Source: Pseudomonadota bacterium
GTDB lineage: Bacteria; Pseudomonadota; Alphaproteobacteria; Rickettsiales; UBA1997
Direction of reading: 5' to 3'
Assembly (NCBI GenBank): GCA_040386195.1
Contig: JAZKFV010000022.1
Coordinates: 2,974-66,973 of the forward strand
Length of the DNA: 64,000 nt
This document shows positions 39,290 to 48,492 of this stretch, one piece after another. Position 1 is the first letter of the stretch. Every line of letters starts with the position of its first letter. Under the pieces are notes generated by a model. That model saw nothing but the letters and a program-made list of their open reading frames with translations, did no database searches and was not told the DNA's origin. The translations under genes were made by a program, and so were the position numbers.

Positions 39290-40210
39290 CTATAATGCGG
39301 ATTTGCAATCCATTTCGATCTGCAATTTTAGATCTGCAATTGAATTAAATTTCCTTTCTTCGCGGATAAAATCAAGTAATTCAACAATAATTTTTTTGCC
39401 ATAAATTTGTTGATCAAAATTAAAAATATGCACTTCAAAAAGTGGCTGAGTGCCTTCAAATGTTGGTTTAATTCCAAAGTTTAAAATGGCAGAATGTTTT
39501 TTTCCATCCAGCCAAACTAACGCTTTATAAACTCCAAATTTAGGTTTAATCAAATCTTTTTTAGGCAGAAAATTGGCGGTTGGAAAGCCCAAAGTGCGGG
39601 CTAATTTTTTGCCTTGGATTACTATTCCACCAACTTGATAATTATGTCCAAGCATTTGATTGGCAGCTTTGATATTGCCAGAAGTAATTAAATTTCTAAT
39701 TTTGGTTGAAGAATAAATCTGAGAATCAAAACCGCTTTTGGCGGCAATTTGGTGGAAAGAAAAATTATGAATTCCGGCTAATTGTTGCAGCAAATTAGCG
39801 TCTCCCAAACGATCTTTGCCAAAAATAAAATCGTAACCAATAATCAAATGTTTGATTTTGAGTTTCTTAACTAAAATTTTTTCAACAAAATCTTCGGCGG
39901 ATAAATTAGCCAGCTGCTTGTTAAAACTGCCAATAAAAACAATATCGACAAGATTTTTATTTTTTAGAAAAGTTAATTTTTGAGATAAAGAAAAAAGCTT
40001 TTGATCGAAGATTTGCGCGGGTTTAATGATTTTTAATGGATGCGGTTCAAAAGTTAAAAGTGCCGATTTTAAATTTTCACTGCTGGCAATTCTTTTGGCA
40101 TTATTTAAAATTTCCTGATGCCCCAAATGAATTCCGTCAAAATTGCCGATGGTTAAAACCGTGTTTTGGAAATTGTGGTTGATGTTGTGAAAGTTTTTGA
40201 TAATTTGCAT
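39290..40210 (-). CDS. ribF: bifunctional riboflavin kinase/FAD synthetase
   Basis: GNFDGIHLGHQ N-terminal nucleotidyltransferase motif and GFPTANF riboflavin kinase motif. Confidence 0.92.
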   Translation of the reverse strand: MQIIKNFHNINHNFQNTVLTIGNFDGIHLGHQEILNNAKRIASSENLKSALLTFEPHPLKIIKPAQIFDQKLFSLSQKLTFLKNKNLVDIVFIGSFNKQLANLSAEDFVEKILVKKLKIKHLIIGYDFIFGKDRLGDANLLQQLAGIHNFSFHQIAAKSGFDSQIYSSTKIRNLITSGNIKAANQMLGHNYQVGGIVIQGKKLARTLGFPTANFLPKKDLIKPKFGVYKALVWLDGKKHSAILNFGIKPTFEGTQPLFEVHIFNFDQQIYGKKIIVELLDFIREERKFNSIADLKLQIEMDCKSAL

Positions 40211-40218
40211 TCTTAATT

Positions 40219-40303
40219 TAGTCGTAAGTCGTAAGTCATAAGTCGTGAGTGGTTAGTAATAATCCTTATTTACTTACGACTTACGACTTACGACTTACGA
40301 CTA
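40219..40303. repeat. 32-bp inverted repeat built from tandem GTCGTAA heptamers (21-nt loop)
   Basis: Left arm tagtcgtaagtcgtaagtcataagtcgtgagt (40219-40250). Right arm acttacgacttacgacttacgacttacgacta (40272-40303). 30/32 complementary. Sits between the divergent ribF and solute-binding-protein genes. Confidence 0.9.
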
Positions 40304-40311
40304 ATAAATTT

Positions 40312-42096
40312 ATGTTCAAAAAAATTTCCTTAATTCTCGCAATTTTTTTCCTTATAAGCAACAACCTTGAAGCCGCGGATTTCAAGCAAGGTATTTCTAT
40401 TTTTGGTGATTTAAAATATCCGCCCAATTTCAAACATTTTGATTATGTAAATCCAAATGCACCCAAAGGCGGCGAGGTGAAATATGGGGTGGAAGGAACT
40501 TTTAATAATTTGAATCCGTTTATTTTAAAAGGCATCTCGGCGGCGGGAATGGAGATGGTTTTTGATAGTTTGATGGAAGGATCGGCTGATGAAATTTCTT
40601 CGAAATATGGCTTGATTGCTCAAGGCGTGAAGCTTTCCGATGATAGAAAAACTCTCACTTTTCGTTTAAGAAAAATTGCTCGATTCAATGATGGTTCAAA
40701 AATCACTGCCGATGATGTGGTTTTTTCGTTCAATTTACTCAAAGAAAAAGGTCATCCATCTTATTCAATGGTTTATCGCGATGTGCGCGCCGCTAGGAAA
40801 ATCAATGATTATGAAGTAGAATTTATTTTCAAAAATGGTGATAACCGCGAATTGCCGCTTGCTGTTGCCAGCCTTCCAGTCTTTTCTAAAAAATATTATA
40901 GTGAACATCAATTCGACAAAACTACTTTTGACGCACCACTTGGAAGCGGTGTTTATAAGGTTGTGACGGTTGATGCCGGAAAATCAATTACTTTTGCAAG
41001 AGTTAAAAATTATTGGGCGAAAGATTTACCAGTCAATGTTGGTAGATATAATTTTGATAAAATAACTTACGATTATTATCGCGATAATAATGTTTTGGTT
41101 GAGGCGTTTAAAGCTGGCGCTTACGATTTCCGTCAAGAAAATATCGCCAGAAATTGGGCGACTGCTTATAATATTGAGAAGGTAAAAAATGGTGAAATTA
41201 TCAAAAAAGAAATTCGCCATAATTTGCCCGCGCCAATGCAGGCATTTGTTTTCAATTTGCGCAAAGAGAAATTGCAAAATCGTAATTTAAGAGCGGCAAT
41301 TGCTCTGGCGTTTGATTTTGAATGGGCGAAGGAAAAGATTTTTTATGGATCTTATGAGCGCACTAATAGTTTTTTTAGTAATTCTGAATTTGGCAGTTCA
41401 GGCTTGCCAAGCAAGGCTGAATTAAAGATTTTGAATAAATTTAAAAACCAAGTTCCGCCAGAAATTTTTGAAGGAGAATTTAAATTGCCCAAAACTGATG
41501 GCAGTGGTTTTTCCAGAATTAATTTGCTTCAAGCCAAAGCTTTGTTAGAAGGCTCGGGATATTTTATTCGTAAGGGCAAATTGATTGATCCTAAAACCAA
41601 TCAGCCAATGGAGCTTGAATTTTTGATTAGCAGCAAATCATTTCAAATGGTGATTGCGCCAATGATTAGAAATTTGGAAGTGTTGGGAATTAAGGCAAAA
41701 AGCCGCTTGGTTGACGAAAATCAATATAGTAATCGTTTGAAAAATTATGATTATGATTTGATCGTCAATGTCTTCGGATCAGGAATGGTGCCGGGCGACG
41801 AGCAATTTAGCTATTGGCATTCGTCACAAAAAAATATCGCCGGCGGCAATAATTTGGTGGGAGTTGATAATAAAGCGATTGATTATTTGGTCGAGAAAAT
41901 TTCTAAAACCAGAAATAAAAATGAGCTAAAAACTTTAACCAAATGTTTGGATCGTATTTTATTAGCCAATTTTTATGTGATTCCGCAATGGCATAATCAA
42001 ACTTATCGGATTTTATATAAAAATAAATTTGCTATGCCAAACCGCGCCCCAGCTTATTCTATGGCTTTAGATAGTTGGTGGATTAAACCTAATTAA
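40312..42096 (+). CDS. ABC transporter substrate-binding protein, family 5 (YejA/oligopeptide-like)
   Basis: Start set at MFKKISLILAIFFLISNNLEA (signal peptide). The track start 40249 reads through the repeat. Family-5 SBP length and blocks (YNFDKITYDYYRD, QWHN). Confidence 0.8.
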   Translation: MFKKISLILAIFFLISNNLEAADFKQGISIFGDLKYPPNFKHFDYVNPNAPKGGEVKYGVEGTFNNLNPFILKGISAAGMEMVFDSLMEGSADEISSKYGLIAQGVKLSDDRKTLTFRLRKIARFNDGSKITADDVVFSFNLLKEKGHPSYSMVYRDVRAARKINDYEVEFIFKNGDNRELPLAVASLPVFSKKYYSEHQFDKTTFDAPLGSGVYKVVTVDAGKSITFARVKNYWAKDLPVNVGRYNFDKITYDYYRDNNVLVEAFKAGAYDFRQENIARNWATAYNIEKVKNGEIIKKEIRHNLPAPMQAFVFNLRKEKLQNRNLRAAIALAFDFEWAKEKIFYGSYERTNSFFSNSEFGSSGLPSKAELKILNKFKNQVPPEIFEGEFKLPKTDGSGFSRINLLQAKALLEGSGYFIRKGKLIDPKTNQPMELEFLISSKSFQMVIAPMIRNLEVLGIKAKSRLVDENQYSNRLKNYDYDLIVNVFGSGMVPGDEQFSYWHSSQKNIAGGNNLVGVDNKAIDYLVEKISKTRNKNELKTLTKCLDRILLANFYVIPQWHNQTYRILYKNKFAMPNRAPAYSMALDSWWIKPN

Positions 42097-42106
42097 TTAT
42101 CAAATC

Positions 42107-42499
42107 ATGATCACAAACCCACTTGACCTTCATCTTGGAAAAAAATTACGTGAAATCAGAACAATGGCGGGAATGAGCCAGGCGCAAGTTGGTGAGCTAA
42201 TTGGTGTGAGTTTGCAACAGATCAGAAAATATGAAATTGGTTTTAGTCGAATTAGCGCTAGTAAGTTATATGAATTTTCTCAGATTTTTCACAAACCAAT
42301 CGGCAGTTTTTTTGATGATTACATCGCTGATGAAGATTTTCACAATATTGAATTTAAATCTGAAGCAGAATGTCGAAAATTAGAAGAAGAGAAAAATCAG
42401 GAAATGATGAGTTTGATTCGGGCTTTTAATCGAATTAGAAGTTTTGAAGTGCGGGGAAATTTGATAAGCTTGCTCAAATCAATTGCAGATAAAAACTAA
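42107..42499 (+). CDS. XRE-family helix-turn-helix transcriptional regulator
   Basis: LGKKLREIRTMAGMSQAQVGELIGVSLQQIRKYEIG is a canonical HTH_3. Confidence 0.8.
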   Translation: MITNPLDLHLGKKLREIRTMAGMSQAQVGELIGVSLQQIRKYEIGFSRISASKLYEFSQIFHKPIGSFFDDYIADEDFHNIEFKSEAECRKLEEEKNQEMMSLIRAFNRIRSFEVRGNLISLLKSIADKN

Positions 42500-42534
42500 A
42501 AAATCCCCGCCAAATTATTTGACGGGGATTTTTT
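42498..42534. terminator. bidirectional rho-independent terminator between XRE gene and rpmA
   Basis: 10-bp stem aaaatccccg/cggggatttt (42500-42509 / 42523-42532), 13-nt loop, A-run before and T-run after. Confidence 0.8.
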
Positions 42535-42539
42535 ATAAT

Positions 42540-42797
42540 TTATGCAGCTTCCACGTTAATGTAGATGCGATTATTTTTGCCAGCTTTAACGAATTTTACA
42601 ATTCCAGCCACTACTGCAAAAATAGTGTGATCAACACCAATGCCAACACCTTTTCCCGGGTGCCATTTGGTGCCTCTTTGACGAGCGATAATGTTGCCAG
42701 AAATTACTGACTCGCCGCCGTATCTTTTGATGCCCAGTCTTCTACCAGCCGAATCCCGACCGTTCCTGGAACTACCACCTGCTTTCTTGGTTGCCAT
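42540..42797 (-). CDS. rpmA: 50S ribosomal protein L27
   Basis: [16 protein letters not shown]...[15 protein letters not shown]. Confidence 0.97.
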   Translation of the reverse strand: MATKKAGGSSRNGRDSAGRRLGIKRYGGESVISGNIIARQRGTKWHPGKGVGIGVDHTIFAVVAGIVKFVKAGKNNRIYINVEAA

Positions 42798-42823
42798 TGT
42801 TTAGTTAAGTTAAAAATTAGTAA

Positions 42824-43135
42824 TTACAATTTAATATCGGTGATTTTAAGAAGAGTTTTAAGTTGGCGGTGACCATTTTTTCTTCTGGAATTTTGTCTTC
42901 TTCTTTTTTTGAAAACGATGATTTTGTCGTCTTTAAAATTTTTGCTAACTTCCGCTAAAACAGTTGCGCCTTTGATATTAGGGCTGCCGAACACTGCTTG
43001 ACCATTATCATTTTGTGCAAAAAGCACTTCTAGAGTGATTTTATCGCCAACATTAGAGTTGAGATTTTCAACGATGATTTTGTCGTCTTTAGCAACGCGA
43101 TATTGCTTTCCACCAGTTTGAATTATTGCAAACAT
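42824..43135 (-). CDS. rplU: 50S ribosomal protein L21
   Basis: MFAIIQTGGKQYRV... Upstream of rpmA. Confidence 0.97.
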   Translation of the reverse strand: MFAIIQTGGKQYRVAKDDKIIVENLNSNVGDKITLEVLFAQNDNGQAVFGSPNIKGATVLAEVSKNFKDDKIIVFKKRRRQNSRRKNGHRQLKTLLKITDIKL

Positions 43136-43250
43136 TTGCTGTTGTATTTATTTTTAAAGAAGTAGGATTTGCTTTTTTTACTGTAGATAAGAAGCCATTT
43201 CAAAAGGGCTATTTAAAAGCAGGCGGGTAATCTACCTTCCGCAAATATTT

Positions 43251-44540
43251 TTGTCAACCAAAATGTCTATAAAATTATTATCCGCCGAACAAAAACAGGC
43301 AGTTTATGCCCTAGAAGATGGGGAGAGTATTTTTATTAGCGGCAGTGCTGGCACGGGGAAATCCTATTTATTACAATATTTAAAAGCTAATTATTCTGAT
43401 TCAGGTTTGCATATCACAGCCAGCACTGGCATTGCTGCGGTGCATGTTGGTGGGCAAACTTTGCATTCTTGGGCGGCAATTGGGCTTGGCAATTTGCCAG
43501 CTGAGCAAATTATTGAGAATTTATTTTCCGCCAAATTTAGCCGCGTGCGCCGCAAATTGAAATTGGCAAAAATGTTGGCGATTGACGAAATCTCCATGAT
43601 TTCGGCGCCAGTTTTTGATTTAATCAATGAATTATTAAAAGCCGTGCGCCAAGATGAGCGACCATTTGGCGGTCTACAATTAATTTTATTTGGCGATTTT
43701 CTGCAATTGCCGCCAGTTAATAGAGAAGGGCAATTGGATTATGATTATCAATTTTGCTTTCAATCCAGAGCTTGGAAAGAATTGAGCCCAAAGCCAATTA
43801 TGCTCAAAACAGTTTTTCGTCAAGAAGATGAAAATTTTGTTAAGCTTCTCAACAACATTAGATTTGGTAAAGTTGATGAAGATGATGTTATCACGCTTAA
43901 ATCAAGAATTAATTTGCCTGAAAAAATTAGTGCCATAAAACCAACAATTTTGGCTTCGCATAATTCTCAAGTTGATGCTATCAATCAAATTGAGCTGAAA
44001 AAAATCCCCAACAATTCCCAAATTTTCACCGCCAAATTTTCTGGCGATTCCACCAAAACTGATTTTTTACGCAAAAATTGTTTAGCGGCAGAAAAGCTAG
44101 AATTAAAGGTTGGCGCGCAAGTGATGATGCTTAAAAATACTTATCAAAAAGAAGGTGTTATCAATGGCTCGTTAGGTGTGGTCAAAGAATTTTCTAAAAA
44201 AACTAATCATCCAATCGTTGAGTTTAATAACGGAGCGCTTCTAACGGTTTCGCCAGAAGTTTGGGCTTTAGAAAAATTTGATGTTGAAAAACGCGAAATT
44301 ATAACCGAAGCTGAAATGACACAAGTGCCGCTATTATTGGCTTGGGCAATCACTATTCACAAATCACAAGGAATGACTTTAGATAAAGTTAAATGCGATT
44401 TAAGCAAAGTTTTTGCCGATGGACAAATTTATGTAGCATTATCACGAGTAAAAACTTTGGAAGGATTATTCATTGATGCGCTAGATTTTAACCGCATCAG
44501 AGCCAATCAACAAATCGTCGAATTTTATAATAATTTTTAA
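43251..44540 (+). CDS. Pif1-family (RecD-like SF1B) ATP-dependent DNA helicase
   Basis: LSAEQKQAV, Walker A GSAGTGKS, ASTGIAAVHVGGQTLHS, LAIDEISM, GDFLQLPPV, VGAQVMMLKN, AITIHKSQGMTLD, YVALSRV. An ATG at 43263 is an alternative start. Confidence 0.85.
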   Translation: MSTKMSIKLLSAEQKQAVYALEDGESIFISGSAGTGKSYLLQYLKANYSDSGLHITASTGIAAVHVGGQTLHSWAAIGLGNLPAEQIIENLFSAKFSRVRRKLKLAKMLAIDEISMISAPVFDLINELLKAVRQDERPFGGLQLILFGDFLQLPPVNREGQLDYDYQFCFQSRAWKELSPKPIMLKTVFRQEDENFVKLLNNIRFGKVDEDDVITLKSRINLPEKISAIKPTILASHNSQVDAINQIELKKIPNNSQIFTAKFSGDSTKTDFLRKNCLAAEKLELKVGAQVMMLKNTYQKEGVINGSLGVVKEFSKKTNHPIVEFNNGALLTVSPEVWALEKFDVEKREIITEAEMTQVPLLLAWAITIHKSQGMTLDKVKCDLSKVFADGQIYVALSRVKTLEGLFIDALDFNRIRANQQIVEFYNNF

Positions 44541-44542
44541 AA

Positions 44543-45466
44543 ATGTATCACCGCCTTTCCCAAAAATCGCAAGGAATATTGTGGGCAATAATTACTTGCT
44601 TTTTGGTGTCGGTGATGATTGCCGTTGTGCGCCATTTGTCAGAACATTTTCACCCATTTCAAATTGTGATGATGCGCAATTTTTTTGCCTTAGTTTTTTT
44701 GTTGCCTTTTGTGATCAAAAACATTGATCAATTTGTTAAAACCTCTCATCTAAAAATGCATTTAATCCGCGGCGTGGTTGGTTTGGCAGGAATGTTATTG
44801 TGGTTTTATGTCATCACTTTAATTCCATTATCTGAAGCAGTTTCGATCACTTTTATTGTGCCAATCACCACCACAATTGCGGCGATGTTTTTTCTAGGCG
44901 AGAAGGTTGATAAGAAAATTTGGATCTCCTTAACCATTGGCTTGATTGGCGTTCTAATCATTATTCGCCCCGGATTTCGTGAATTTAAAATCGCTTATTT
45001 ATTAGCATTATTAATCCCTTTTGTCTGGTCAGTTTCTAACATTTTGATCAAAAAAATGGTCGCCACTGAAAAGCCGCAAACCATTACTTTATATTTATCT
45101 TTTGTAATGTTTATCCTGTCAATTCCTATCGCCGCGCCATATTTAAAACCAATTCCAATTCCCGATTTATGTTGGTTTTTATTGCTCGGTTTAATTTCCA
45201 ACTGCTCATATATTGCCAACGCAATTTGCTATTCCAAAACCGATGTTTCCACCGTTCAGCCTTTTGATTTTACGCGCTTAATTTTCACCGCAATTATTGC
45301 TTATTTTGCTTTTGGTGAAAAGATGGAGCTAATGATGTTCATTGGCGCGGCAGTAATTTTATTTGGCTCGTTAATTGTTGCTTCTAAATCACCGCTCTAT
45401 TATTTATATTCAGGTTTTGCTGTCGGATTTATCAAACCAAAAATGCTAAAAAAATGGAAAAAATAA
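44543..45466 (+). CDS. EamA/DMT-family transporter
   Basis: About ten hydrophobic segments in two EamA-like halves. 307 aa. Confidence 0.75.
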   Translation: MYHRLSQKSQGILWAIITCFLVSVMIAVVRHLSEHFHPFQIVMMRNFFALVFLLPFVIKNIDQFVKTSHLKMHLIRGVVGLAGMLLWFYVITLIPLSEAVSITFIVPITTTIAAMFFLGEKVDKKIWISLTIGLIGVLIIIRPGFREFKIAYLLALLIPFVWSVSNILIKKMVATEKPQTITLYLSFVMFILSIPIAAPYLKPIPIPDLCWFLLLGLISNCSYIANAICYSKTDVSTVQPFDFTRLIFTAIIAYFAFGEKMELMMFIGAAVILFGSLIVASKSPLYYLYSGFAVGFIKPKMLKKWKK

Positions 45467-45897
45467 TTGATAAAAAAAGATCAATCGGCGACGCGTCTAA
45501 AGAGCTTGGGCTTGAAACCCACGTGATTCGTTTTTGGGAATCAAAATTTCCGCAGATAAAACCCAAAATTGGCAAAGGCGATCGTCGCTATTATTTTGAT
45601 AAAGAAATCGCCGTTTTAGCCAAAATAAAATCTTTGCTCCATGACGAAGGATACAGCATTGCCGGCTTACAAAAATTATTAAAAAAGCGCAAAAAATCAG
45701 ATTTAAAAGAGCAGAATTTGGAATTTTTATTAGCTGAAAATATTGTTGATGATTTAAAAAAAGATGCCGAAGAATTTTCAATTGATGATTTTATCAGCCC
45801 AGATGTTGACTTGGCGAAGGGCGACGATGCTGCGGATTCTATCAATCAAATCATTGCTCGCATTGAATTTAATTTAAAAAAGTTGGAGCAAATTTGA
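45454..45897 (+). CDS. MerR-family transcriptional regulator
   Basis: IGDASKELGLETHVIRFWESKFPQIKP...GDRRYY HTH_MerR motif. Confidence 0.8.
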   Translation: MEKIIDKKRSIGDASKELGLETHVIRFWESKFPQIKPKIGKGDRRYYFDKEIAVLAKIKSLLHDEGYSIAGLQKLLKKRKKSDLKEQNLEFLLAENIVDDLKKDAEEFSIDDFISPDVDLAKGDDAADSINQIIARIEFNLKKLEQI

Positions 45898-46679
45898 AAA
45901 TCATTTCATGGAATATCAACTCACTGCGTTTGCGCTTGCCGCTTTTAGAAAAGGTGGTTGCAGCTCACAATCCCGACATAATTTGTCTGCAAGAAACTAA
46001 AGTTCAAGACGCTGATTTTCCATTGCTGGCGGTGCAAAATTTAGGTTTTAAATTTATCGAATTTGCTGGCGAAAAATCTTACAACGGCGTTGCCATTCTC
46101 TCCAAACTGCCTTTAGAAAATATCAAAAAATATAACATTTTAGATTTTGGTCACAAAAGACACATTGCCGCAACTTTGCCAAATGGAGAAATTCTGCACA
46201 ATTTTTATGTGCCGGCGGGTGGCGATATTCCTGATGTGAAGCTTAATGACAAATTTGATTTTAAGCTAAAATTTGTTGATTGGATGAGTGAATATTTTGC
46301 TAAAAATTATCGCAACAATCAAAAAATTATTATGGTTGGCGATATGAATATTGCGCCATTAGCCAATGATGTTTGGTCGCACAAACAATTGCTCGGCGTA
46401 GTTTCGCACACGCCAATTGAAGTTGAAAAAATGGCAAATTTGCAAGCGAGTTTAAATTGGATTGATACGCATCGAATGTTTGTCAGTGATGCTGAAAAAT
46501 TATATAGCTGGTGGAGTTATCGTGGGCTTGATCCTTTCAAATCAAACCGCGGCAGAAGATTAGATCACATTTGGATCACACCGAATTTGCAGAAAAATTT
46601 ACAAAAAGCAGAAATTTTTAAAGAATTTAGAATTGCAACTCAGCCTTCTGATCATGTGCCAATCAGCATTGAAATTTAA
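45894..46679 (+). CDS. xth: exodeoxyribonuclease III
   Basis: TTG start. MKIISWNINSLR, ICLQETK, GDMNIAP, LDHIW, SDHVP. Confidence 0.93.
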   Translation: MKIISWNINSLRLRLPLLEKVVAAHNPDIICLQETKVQDADFPLLAVQNLGFKFIEFAGEKSYNGVAILSKLPLENIKKYNILDFGHKRHIAATLPNGEILHNFYVPAGGDIPDVKLNDKFDFKLKFVDWMSEYFAKNYRNNQKIIMVGDMNIAPLANDVWSHKQLLGVVSHTPIEVEKMANLQASLNWIDTHRMFVSDAEKLYSWWSYRGLDPFKSNRGRRLDHIWITPNLQKNLQKAEIFKEFRIATQPSDHVPISIEI

Positions 46680-47080
46680 TAAACTTTGCGCAAACAGCTA
46701 TAAATTTCTGGATTACAAACCAAGCTATTTCTGGATTTAGCGCGGTTATAAAATTTCTTTTCTCCAATCAATAAATTCTTGCGATCAAAAGTTAAAAGCA
46801 CCTCATAATTTTCTGATTTGATCCAACCAAAATGATTAATAATTGGCATTTGTGAAACTAAATCATAACCACTTTTAGAATATGAATATTGGTAAATATT
46901 ATTGCCAAATTCATCTTGCCAAGCATCGGAATATTTGCCGTAAGTTTGAATAATATTTTCTAGCTTATCGCCTTTATTTATAGGGCTTTGATAAAGGTTA
47001 ATAGTTGATTTATTTCCAACTTTAGATTGGCAAGAAACCAATAAAGTTAGCAATAAAATTCTAGCGATTTTCCTGAGCAT
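46676..47080 (-). CDS. hypothetical lipoprotein
   Basis: Signal peptide with lipobox LLVSC (MLRKIARILLLTLLVSCQS). Confidence 0.6.
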   Translation of the reverse strand: MLRKIARILLLTLLVSCQSKVGNKSTINLYQSPINKGDKLENIIQTYGKYSDAWQDEFGNNIYQYSYSKSGYDLVSQMPIINHFGWIKSENYEVLLTFDRKNLLIGEKKFYNRAKSRNSLVCNPEIYSCLRKVY

Positions 47081-47735
47081 TTTGGGTGATTTTTTTATTT
47101 TTTAGATTGGGTTTTATAACTTCAGAACTTTTTAATAATCGTTTTTTAAAACGTTTTTTTAACGACGGATATTTTTGAATCAAATAGTTAATTTCCCAAG
47201 TTTGATTGGCAAATAATTTCTCTTTTTGCCTAGAATTTTTACCGCTTAAAATATTTTCCACCAATTCAAAGTTATCATTAACCGCAAATTTGTTGTTCAA
47301 GATTTTAGTGCTTTTATCCTCGTCATTACTGGCTGCTTGCTTATAAAAAATATCGCCAACATAAATAATTTCTCCAGCTTTCGCCTCTAAAATAGTTAAA
47401 TATTTTTCTTGTTGCTTAGCTTTTTTATCTGAAAAAAGCGGACGATTTTCTGGTGGCGCAAAAAGATGATAAAGATTGGGACTAAGCATTAGAATGTTAT
47501 ATTGATTGGTCGCGTAGATGGTTCGGCAATTTTGATCATCTTCTTTTGCACACAAATAAAGCCTTTCGCTCCTTTTGCCATTTAGCTTGAAAATAATAAT
47601 CGCTTTTTGATTTTCAGGAAATCGGTTTAAGAAACTATCTGAGCTGATAGTTTGATCAAGGCTGTTTTCAGTTAGAAAAACACAAGATGAGAAAAAAGTT
47701 AGCAAGAGCAGGGTGGTGATTTTGGTGGGTTTCAT
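47061..47735 (-). CDS. hypothetical lipoprotein
   Basis: MKPTKITTLLLLTFFSSCVF signal/lipobox-like N-terminus. No family recognised. Confidence 0.55.
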   Translation of the reverse strand: MKPTKITTLLLLTFFSSCVFLTENSLDQTISSDSFLNRFPENQKAIIIFKLNGKRSERLYLCAKEDDQNCRTIYATNQYNILMLSPNLYHLFAPPENRPLFSDKKAKQQEKYLTILEAKAGEIIYVGDIFYKQAASNDEDKSTKILNNKFAVNDNFELVENILSGKNSRQKEKLFANQTWEINYLIQKYPSLKKRFKKRLLKSSEVIKPNLKNKKITQNAQENR

Positions 47736-47755
47736 TGGGTTTTTTTGGGTTAAAA

Positions 47756-48163
47756 TTATTTGATGAAAACTATTCTTTCGGATTCATTTTTAATTTCAAT
47801 TTTAATTTCGATATAATTTTTTGGCAAAAATTCTTGAGCTATTTCTGGCCATTCAATCAAACAAATTCCATTTTTTAAACAATCAAAAAAGCCAATATTT
47901 TCAAGCTCTTCAGAACTTTTTAAACGATAAAGATCAAAGTGATGAATTAAAAATTTTGGAGTTTGATAAGAATAAAGCAAATTAAATGTTGGGCTCAAAA
48001 CCGTAATTTTTTGATCCGCCAAAGCGTTAATAAAACTGCTCGCAAAAAAACTTTTCCCCGCTCCCAAAGTTCCTTTCAGCCCAAACACATCACCAGCTTT
48101 AGCCTTGCTAGCAATAGCTGCGGCTAGTTCTTGCATTTGAGATTGGTTAACGGTTTTTTGCAT
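47756..48163 (-). CDS. tsaE: tRNA t6A37 biosynthesis ATPase TsaE
   Basis: GTLGAGKS P-loop, SPTFNL, HFDLYRL. Confidence 0.88.
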   Translation of the reverse strand: MQKTVNQSQMQELAAAIASKAKAGDVFGLKGTLGAGKSFFASSFINALADQKITVLSPTFNLLYSYQTPKFLIHHFDLYRLKSSEELENIGFFDCLKNGICLIEWPEIAQEFLPKNYIEIKIEIKNESERIVFIK

Positions 48164-48492
48164 TAGGTAGTTTTTTTAGCCAATGGTTTGATAACAAAAC
48201 CATATCCCAAACTTTCTAAAATAGTTCTAATGGTATTGAATTTTGGATTGCCATTAGCAGATAGAGTTTTGTAAAGACTTTCTCTAGAAAGCCCAGTTTT
48301 TTTAGACAATTCACTAAAGCCACCTTTGGCGATGGCGAGTTGACGAAGAGATAAAAATAGAGTTTTTTCATCCTTATCTTGCTTAAACTCTTTTAGAGAA
48401 AAATCTAGAAATTCATCAGCAAATTTTGGATCTTCTTTAAAATGCTCAACAATTACCTCGTTAAAATTTCTGTGTTTAATATTCTTTTTCAT
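48163..48492 (-). CDS. higA: HigA-family antitoxin (addiction module antidote protein)
   Basis: KTGLSRESLYKTLSANGNPKFNTIRTILESLG matches the HigA-type HTH. Start set at MKKNIKHRNF (ATG 48492). 17-nt overlap with higB. Confidence 0.85.
   Translation of the reverse strand: MKKNIKHRNFNEVIVEHFKEDPKFADEFLDFSLKEFKQDKDEKTLFLSLRQLAIAKGGFSELSKKTGLSRESLYKTLSANGNPKFNTIRTILESLGYGFVIKPLAKKTT

Noticed and set aside
40249-40311. Upstream GTG start of the solute-binding protein.
   Set aside because: The extra 21 codons are simply the right arm of the (GTCGTAA)n palindrome (..TTYDLRLTT..). A canonical signal peptide starts at ATG 40312.
42483-42710. 75-aa plus-strand ORF overlapping the terminator and rpmA.
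   Set aside because: It is antisense to ribosomal protein L27 and starts within the XRE gene's 3' end. It has no motif.
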